From an uncultured Verrucomicrobiae bacterium (GTDB lineage: Bacteria > Chlamydiota > Chlamydiia > Chlamydiales > Rhabdochlamydiaceae), in assembly GCA_963806855.1 (NCBI GenBank), contig CAWDYW010000003.1, positions 192,001-256,000 on the forward strand: a stretch of 64,000 nucleotides of DNA, given 5' to 3'. Each line of letters opens with the position of its first letter. Within the stretch, counting starts at the first letter, position 1. Under the pieces are notes generated by a model. That model made no database searches, was not told the DNA's origin, and saw only the letters and a list, made by a program, of their open reading frames with translations. Shown in pieces: positions 57,631 to 64,000 of the stretch. The position numbers and the translations under genes are program-made.

Positions 57631-58863
57631 TCACAAAGAAGATAGAATCGACTTGACCTCTTTTAAGACCGCCTTCCCAACCGATTCATCGACCAGCTCC
57701 TCAATAAACCAGAGAGAAAGCGAGATCTTCCCACGGAATGTGACCGCGGCCAAGAAGAAGTTATGGGCACTCTCAACGAAAGGGACAATATTGGCGAAAA
57801 ATGACAGCTCCTTGAGAGCGAGATTCCCATAATTTCCCGAAAATTCCAGGGCTCCCAAATTGGTGATCTCAGCCCCGTTATCGGGACATTTGGACCGTTG
57901 CCAGAGCTCATTGCTCGAGATCTCTCTCTGCAGCCTTCGTTCAAGGAGCTCGAAGTTAGCCGCATGCTGTCCGGCATTTAGTTGCGTGTAAAGCCCCTGA
58001 TGGAGCGTTTTAGCAAGAGTGGCCAAATCTGTATCTTTATCTACGGCAACCCGATCCGATAAGCAAGTCCGCATAAGGGCCAATTTCTCCTTGCTGACGG
58101 GGGGACTAAATGAGTTGCGGAAATTAACGGCAGTTCTCGCCGAGAATTCTTCAAAATGGGGATTCACGACCCTTCGGATAGCGAGCAAAAGAGCCGCAAG
58201 CAACGTCGCATTCACCCGAATGCCCTGCCTCTGGGTCCAGCGAACAACATTCCGTGCGGCAAGACTTTCTTTGACAAACATCATGTGATAGGGATGAGCA
58301 GTCCGTGAAAATGAAAGAGGAGCTTCGGTATGCGCACCGGGTGATAAAGCATAGAGCGATTTTAGGTCTGGTAGCTCCTGCTCGAAACTCTCTAGTTCGG
58401 GGATTTTACCCCGGCTCAAGTCAGATAGAATCTTAAAGAGGTGATTCATGAGCTCCATGGCGCAAACCCCATCGGCGATCGAATGGTGAAAAGTGACAAT
58501 GAGCTGCCCTTGATGTTCCCCCTTGAGCAACGTGACACGCCATAGAGGCTCATCTAGTTTGCTAAACCGGCGGGCCAGCTCCTCTTTGACCACACCCTTC
58601 CATTGATCGGGACCCTCATAAGGACTTTCTCGCAAGGGGCACCGCGCATGAGTTTGGACATAATGGCACACTTTTTCAGTAGAATTGGGACTCATCTGCA
58701 AAAGAGGATGCATGACTTGAAGATAGCTAAGACCCTTTTGAACAAGCGCGCTATCCAATTTCCCATCATAGGTGCCCACCACAGAGAAATTGAGAGTCCC
58801 ACTTGCTGCCGAATCTAAAAGAAATTCACTCTTTTCAAATGAATTTAAAGCCCGCACTTTCAT
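57631..58863 (-). CDS. Condensation-domain / PapA5-like acyltransferase
   Basis: HHxxxDG motif 'FHHSIADG', 'HPLL', 'ITNLG'; ATG 58863 follows an AGGAG RBS. Confidence 0.85.
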   Translation of the reverse strand: MKVRALNSFEKSEFLLDSAASGTLNFSVVGTYDGKLDSALVQKGLSYLQVMHPLLQMSPNSTEKVCHYVQTHARCPLRESPYEGPDQWKGVVKEELARRFSKLDEPLWRVTLLKGEHQGQLIVTFHHSIADGVCAMELMNHLFKILSDLSRGKIPELESFEQELPDLKSLYALSPGAHTEAPLSFSRTAHPYHMMFVKESLAARNVVRWTQRQGIRVNATLLAALLLAIRRVVNPHFEEFSARTAVNFRNSFSPPVSKEKLALMRTCLSDRVAVDKDTDLATLAKTLHQGLYTQLNAGQHAANFELLERRLQREISSNELWQRSKCPDNGAEITNLGALEFSGNYGNLALKELSFFANIVPFVESAHNFFLAAVTFRGKISLSLWFIEELVDESVGKAVLKEVKSILSSL

Positions 58864-58944
58864 AATATCTCCTGGTTGGAATTGAGCGAGAAATATAGCT
58901 AAAACAATAGGAGAAGTCAAATCCCCTCAGAATCCAGGTAGTAG

Positions 58945-58973
58945 TTGACATTACTAAATATATTTGGTATAAC
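58945..58973 (+). promoter_or_regulatory. hicB promoter with near-palindromic operator
   Basis: TTGACA-17-TATAAC; the spacer contains ACTAAATA|TATTTGGT. Confidence 0.6.
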
Positions 58974-58983
58974 ATAAGTCCTT

Positions 58984-59415
58984 ATGAAATATCATTTTAG
59001 GATTCGCAAAGAAAAAGAAGGATATTCGGCTCAGTGCATTGAATTAGAAGGATGTATTACTCAAGGAGATTCAATGAAAGAGCTCCAGAAAAATATGAGA
59101 GAGGCATTGAATCTATATGTTCAAGAGCCAGCAGATTCTGAGGATTTAGCTGCACTTCCAGATGACTCTATTAGAAAATCTAAAAATGTTGTTGCCGTAG
59201 CTTTGGAGCCTGAAGTCGCTTTTCCTTTTCTCGTGCGGTATTATCGAATTAAATATGGAATGACCCAATCTCAAGTGGCAAGGCAATTGGGATTTGATGG
59301 TATCTATAGTTATCAAAGGTTGGAATCGCGAAGATGTAATCCAACATTGAAAATGATCTCGATGATCAAAAACATTTTCCCAGAGTTTTCTATTGATTAT
59401 GCCATTGGCTGTTAA
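58984..59415 (+). CDS. hicB: HicB-family antitoxin with C-terminal XRE HTH
   Basis: 'LEGCITQGDSMKELQKNMREAL' HicB motif; 'MTQSQVARQLG...YQRLES' HTH. Confidence 0.88.
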   Translation: MKYHFRIRKEKEGYSAQCIELEGCITQGDSMKELQKNMREALNLYVQEPADSEDLAALPDDSIRKSKNVVAVALEPEVAFPFLVRYYRIKYGMTQSQVARQLGFDGIYSYQRLESRRCNPTLKMISMIKNIFPEFSIDYAIGC

Positions 59416-59500
59416 TACCCCGCCCCGCCCAAAAATGTGAATTTGGACCGCGCGAAAGCTCTCGCGGTCCAAATTCACATTTTTGGGCGGGGCGGGGTAT
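59415..59500. repeat. Perfect 38-bp inverted repeat with 10-nt loop
   Basis: 59415-59452 is the exact reverse complement of 59463-59500. Confidence 0.95.
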
Positions 59501-59611
59501 AAGAAACCAGGACGCCTGCAAAGTCCATAATGGGCCCGATAAGAAACAAAGATGTGGACGATACAATGATATGAACGATAAAAAGAATAAACAATTCCAA
59601 TTTCTGTCCAA

Positions 59612-61363
59612 CTAGCAAAAAATATAGCCCCTGCCATCATAGTAGGCTAGGACTTTAGTTTGGACAAGGGCATCTAGGAGATACCTAATCAGATTCTCTG
59701 CAAAACCATAACCGGTGGTTCCTTCAGAAAAATGAAACATTTTGAGTTTAGGTCCGATAGTGCGGCATAGAGACTCGAGGGCCTTCTTATCTAAAGTGAC
59801 GCTTCTATTTGTCAGCAATTGTGCGATTGAGCCTGGTGGATGCTCCTGATTAGTTTTTTTGACCCCTGCTTCAATTAGATCGAGCGTCCCCGTTAATAGT
59901 TCTGGGAATACTTCTTCATTGAATCGGCCGATCACTCCATCTGAACCTTCTCCCAACAGATTTCCTACTTTTTCTTCGAGATTTTGTCGGATCTGTTCCA
60001 CGGGAGGGTTGACAATCATATCTGGCTTTTCAAGTGTGATGCCATTGGCATGGATAAACTGTAGATGATTTCCATAAATGAGCTTATGTTTAGTTAAGAC
60101 CCGGTCTCTTACCGTTTCTAATTCCTTCCGCAACGCTGCTGAGATGGGGGCAAATTTATCTGCGGTGCTTAATATTTCCTCAAAATGAAGAGGAAACAAA
60201 TAAATTAGATCAAGACAAACCTCTGTACAATTGACTTCCCAAACGGTTTCGTGGGAGGGACGAAGCTGAGCCATTTGCTCGGGCTTTTTGATTGTTAAGC
60301 CTAAAATCCAATAGAGGCCTCGATAGAGCTTTCGTTTGAGATCGATCAAGGGGCTTTCAATTTTTTGAAGAGGGACCTTCTCAACAGAAATGTCTTTGGA
60401 TTGGAGCCGCTCTAAGTCGACAAGACCAATTTTGCCTCGTCCATTCTCTACATATAAACAGACATTATCATAACGCCCCATCGGCGATTGCGAGACGTGC
60501 ACGCAGGGGTCTTCTGGATATCCTGTTGTGGCCTCTATAGGAGCTTGAAAGAGCAGCCCTGTAAATTCCTTGACTGCATTAGTGAACAAATCCCTGTGTG
60601 TGTGGTAGAGACCGACCTGATCTTTGATTCTAGGGAGAGTAATCGGGAGTTTGCTTTCGACCTGAAAATGACTTCTATAAGTTCGCGCTCTTGGGACGAC
60701 AAGGTCTTCATAACCATTGTCTGCACAAATCTGCTGAGCTTGTTTCATTTTTGAAGCGCGGACCCAAATATCAGGCTTATCGCTCCGCTTCAAAACCAAG
60801 TCATCGAGAAAGCGGACATCGAGCTTACCAAAAATTGGGCCTGGTAATTCGATTAATTTTTCTGGAGCATCGAGATAGACTTTGGCTCTTTTCAATTCTG
60901 CATCGGTGATCTGGTATTTTTCCTCGTCAATGGGTTTCGATGAATGCAAAGTCGATCGGGTAGTTGCCAAAAGAATGGTTAGTAGCACGGAACCCGCAAG
61001 AACTGCTTGCCCTAAATGATAACGGGCCATCACATCGATGAGAGAAGGGAGATAATAGCCGACAGTCGTGACATCCATAATCGGACTGATCTCTTTGGCT
61101 AATTCGCCATTGATGATAGAAATGGAGACAAGGCTTAACCCCACACTGAAAATCCGCTGATCCCACACATATCTCTCCAGCATTTGGCCGATCGTCGAAA
61201 AGGCTGCGGCAGAAATTAACACATGATGGGGGTTGGGATGAACAATCAATTTCGCACCGGCAAGCGCGCCTAACAATGGACTGCTCCAAGAGCGGATTGT
61301 AGAGGCCCCAACGATAGCGCCTGCAGTAATTTTGACAAGATTAGAATAGATTACGCCACTCAT
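59612..61363 (-). CDS. Membrane-anchored protein with atypical protein-kinase-like domain
   Basis: Hydrophobic N-terminus; 'LVLKR', 'RYDNVCL', 'IGLVDLE' in kinase-like order. Confidence 0.65.
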   Translation of the reverse strand: MSGVIYSNLVKITAGAIVGASTIRSWSSPLLGALAGAKLIVHPNPHHVLISAAAFSTIGQMLERYVWDQRIFSVGLSLVSISIINGELAKEISPIMDVTTVGYYLPSLIDVMARYHLGQAVLAGSVLLTILLATTRSTLHSSKPIDEEKYQITDAELKRAKVYLDAPEKLIELPGPIFGKLDVRFLDDLVLKRSDKPDIWVRASKMKQAQQICADNGYEDLVVPRARTYRSHFQVESKLPITLPRIKDQVGLYHTHRDLFTNAVKEFTGLLFQAPIEATTGYPEDPCVHVSQSPMGRYDNVCLYVENGRGKIGLVDLERLQSKDISVEKVPLQKIESPLIDLKRKLYRGLYWILGLTIKKPEQMAQLRPSHETVWEVNCTEVCLDLIYLFPLHFEEILSTADKFAPISAALRKELETVRDRVLTKHKLIYGNHLQFIHANGITLEKPDMIVNPPVEQIRQNLEEKVGNLLGEGSDGVIGRFNEEVFPELLTGTLDLIEAGVKKTNQEHPPGSIAQLLTNRSVTLDKKALESLCRTIGPKLKMFHFSEGTTGYGFAENLIRYLLDALVQTKVLAYYDGRGYIFC

Positions 61364-61394
61364 AAAGAGTGAGATTGTTAAGGATGAGGAGGAA

Positions 61395-62762
61395 TTAGTT
61401 CAATGAGTTTGTTGCCAAGTCTAAGTGGGCAAGAGGCTCTCGGGTGTTAGGTTCATCAGAGACCTCTTCATGAAGAGCGAGAGCATCGATTGTGCGGGGG
61501 TCCCGATTTTTCGTTGTGAGTAAGTCGTCGAAAAGATAGGCGAGTTCTGGACAATGCTCTTGCACCTCTTCATAGGCCGCGCGGATCGCCGCTCTATCGT
61601 GAAGCTTGTTTTTGCAGTTCTCGAGCGCGTTTTTGAGGCGCTGCAGACGTAAGGCGATTAGCTTATTAACTTTTGGCATCGGATTTAAATCGGCAATATC
61701 CAGTGGAAGGCGCGTGGCAGGAGATTCCTTTTTTGACTTGTGATAAAGCAAAATTTGATCTTCCTCCCAGAAGGAATTTTTGTCTGGATCAAGAGTAAGA
61801 GCAACACAAGGGACCAAAGAAATCCCACAAGGGAATTTGCTTAAAACTCGATCATCGTCACACCAGGATGAGACGACATTGGGAAGGGTGCGCATTGTAG
61901 TTTGTGCCGATAAATGATCTCGCTGGGCTTTGAGTTGTTGGCTCAGGTGTCTTAAAACGCTATTTTTTTGGGCCAGATCTGCATTTGCATCGGTCAATTC
62001 AGTTTTTTGAAGTTGGAGAGTGGCATTTGCACCGGTCAATTGAGTATTTTGACGTTGGAGAGCGGCCGCGGTTTTTCTCTGCTGCAATCAGGTCTTGACG
62101 GCTTTTGGCGCTCTCCTCCAGATGATGTTCCCGTAGCTTCTTGATGTCATCTCTGCTTTTATTTAATTCAAATGTTTCCGATAGCAAACACATGATCAAA
62201 CTAGATACAAAAGCGCTTGTGAAAATCACCGGATCAACATTAAGTGGAAGCGCTCCATGAGTTAACCAAGAGAGGAGGAGCGGGACTGCAAAAATCGGTA
62301 AATACTCCTTAAAGGCTATCTTCCCGAAATCCCGCAAGGAGTTAACTCTTATAAGATCAGCCATCATAAACCCTATTAACCCTGCTGTAGCGAATAAGGA
62401 GACAATGCGGAGAACTTCAGGCGATGAAATCAGCAAGTGAATTGCTGGAGCGATGGCTACATTGGGATTCATCTTTCTGTTCCACAAAATACTGATGGCT
62501 AACCCGACGCAGATTAGTGAAAGAACGACCGAAGCGGGCGTCGTATAGTTCAATAGTGACATCTGTCAAGTGCAGCAAAACTGATTGCACTCATAGAGCG
62601 AGAGAAGAGAGATGCCTTCTGTAATTTGTGCTCCAATTAAACACCGAAGGGCGACATTGAGAATAGGATGGTCGATCGCCACCATTAACCCACCGGCTAT
62701 GGCGCAAGTCAAAGGCCTATGAATTAGAAATAAAGATCGATTGCAGAAGACACATTAGTCAT
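61395..62762 (-). pseudogene. Disrupted multi-TM / coiled-coil / U-box-like gene
   Basis: ORF pieces 61999-62562 (TM) and 61395-62087 (coiled coil, 'FPCGIS...SPATRLPL...PMPKVNKLI'); further broken coding-like sequence back to ATG 62762. Confidence 0.65.
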
Positions 62763-62821
62763 AATAATTAAAATTGTATATTAATTTATCGTATATATTG
62801 ACTAGTTTAAAATATTTTTTA

Positions 62822-64000
62822 TTATGAAATGCGCTGCAGTGTGATGACGACTTTAGGATAGCGGAGATGGGTGTAAGCCTCTTGTTCTGCTGCGGCCCCT
62901 AAAGCGACATCGCAGAGGCGGTGAGGGGAGAGGAGCACATTCTTGCCGAGGGTGTTTAGGAGGGGCTGTTCAAAGGGATCTTTTGGCAGGTTAGTCAGCA
63001 ATAACAAATCGCCATCATTGAAGGTGTCGACGGTTTCGGTGAAGGTGGCGTTGATGTTTTCGCCGATGAGCTGGTTCTCAGAGTGGATGGTGCGAGGCGT
63101 ATTGGTTCCTTGCGGCACATGGAGAAGGGGGACGTTATGGCCGCAGCTGAGCAGGGAGAGGGTGTCGTTGTAGGGGATCAGCTTGAGGATGGTCAGGTTG
63201 TAGCTTTCGGAGAGCTTGTCTTGGCAGATGAGGGTGTTAAGGGTGGCGGCAAATTCGGTTGGATCGAAGGCGATCGCGCTGGTTAGGTAAGGGTTGATTA
63301 AGCTCTTGATCATCCCTCGGAGGACTGCGATATGGATGGCGCTGGAAATTCTGCTGGTGGTGGTGTGGGCGAGGATGAGGGCTTCGGTGTTGTTGGAGAA
63401 TCTGAAGAAATCGATGTAGAGGCCCACTTGTTCGGGGGTCCGCTCTTTGGCGATGCCGATATCAAATTGGGGCCAGGAGGGTCGCTCGAAGGTGGAGAGG
63501 GCTTGCTCGCCACGCTGGACGATCTCCATCAGCTCGATCACTTGGTCGGTGGTGGGTCGCTCTTTGTTGAGTTCGGGCGATTTGGCATAGGCGGTGAGGT
63601 CGGTGATGAAGTCGACGATATCTTGGTAGCGCTCTTTGGGGGAGACGGCGATCGCTTTGCCGATGATCTTTTGCATGCCGGGGGGCAGCAGCGCCAGGTT
63701 GATCATGCCGTAGCTCAGTTTGCCGAGGATCAGTTCGTAGGCGATGACGCCCAGAGAATAGATGTCGGATTGGAAAGTGGCATTGGCGGCGTTCTCTTTT
63801 TGCTCGGGGGCCATGTAATTGGGGGTGCCCATCACTTGGCGTGTCGACTTGGGGCCATCGTCTTCATGGAGTTGGGCGATCCCGAAATCGATCACTTTCA
63901 CTTCGCCATCTTCGGAGATGATGATGTTTTCAGGTTTGAGGTCGCGGTGGATCACGCCATGGGTATGGAGGTGGCAGAGGGCGTAGGCCACTTGGAGGAT
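62822..64000 (-). CDS. pkn5: Ser/Thr kinase Pkn5-like with degenerate PP2C/SpoIIE-like C-terminal domain (5' end outside window)
   Basis: HRDLKPEN, DFG, GTPNYMAPE, DIYSLG; 'ELILGKLSYG' resembles chlamydial Pkn5. Confidence 0.85.
   Translation of the reverse strand: MLQVAYALCHLHTHGVIHRDLKPENIIISEDGEVKVIDFGIAQLHEDDGPKSTRQVMGTPNYMAPEQKENAANATFQSDIYSLGVIAYELILGKLSYGMINLALLPPGMQKIIGKAIAVSPKERYQDIVDFITDLTAYAKSPELNKERPTTDQVIELMEIVQRGEQALSTFERPSWPQFDIGIAKERTPEQVGLYIDFFRFSNNTEALILAHTTTSRISSAIHIAVLRGMIKSLINPYLTSAIAFDPTEFAATLNTLICQDKLSESYNLTILKLIPYNDTLSLLSCGHNVPLLHVPQGTNTPRTIHSENQLIGENINATFTETVDTFNDGDLLLLTNLPKDPFEQPLLNTLGKNVLLSPHRLCDVALGAAAEQEAYTHLRYPKVVITLQRIS

Noticed and set aside
59146..59640. 164-aa minus-strand ORF as a possible hicA
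   Set aside because: Antisense to hicB, runs through the 38-bp palindrome, and lacks HicA size and motif.

Overview
The window comes from an environmental member of the Chlamydiota (Simkania/Rhabdochlamydia/Parachlamydia-like). The evidence is gene content and order: glyA-clpP1, a CT398-like Zn-ribbon gene next to rnpB, ABC-F divergent from xerC, a SWIM-SNF2 helicase, a chlamydial YidD/TPR pair, and pkn5 with the cdsC secretin. The main result is the roughly 21.7 kb between the T3SS-locus genes pkn5 (62822-64000) and cdsC (36974-41104), which are adjacent in Chlamydia. It holds three tandem, mosaic, membrane-anchored proteins ending in a degenerate plus an intact U-box. It also holds a fourth broken U-box gene, a kinase-like protein that appears to share the same N-terminal membrane module, two Gly-rich autotransporters, a PapA5-like acyltransferase and an orphan hicB. 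Elsewhere there is a nucleotide-hydrolase island (Ppx/GppA, Adk, two NUDIX domains, HD, Maf remnant), an IS200/IS605 element with intact tnpB, an FDH-ALDH-MFS cassette, an AbiE toxin-antitoxin pair and a HipA deletion scar. Five palindromic repeat elements and a frameshift-rich zone (about 11-17.5 kb, probably consensus errors) are also present. No CRISPR array, tRNA or rRNA was seen. All domain calls are by-eye motif recognition, not database searches.
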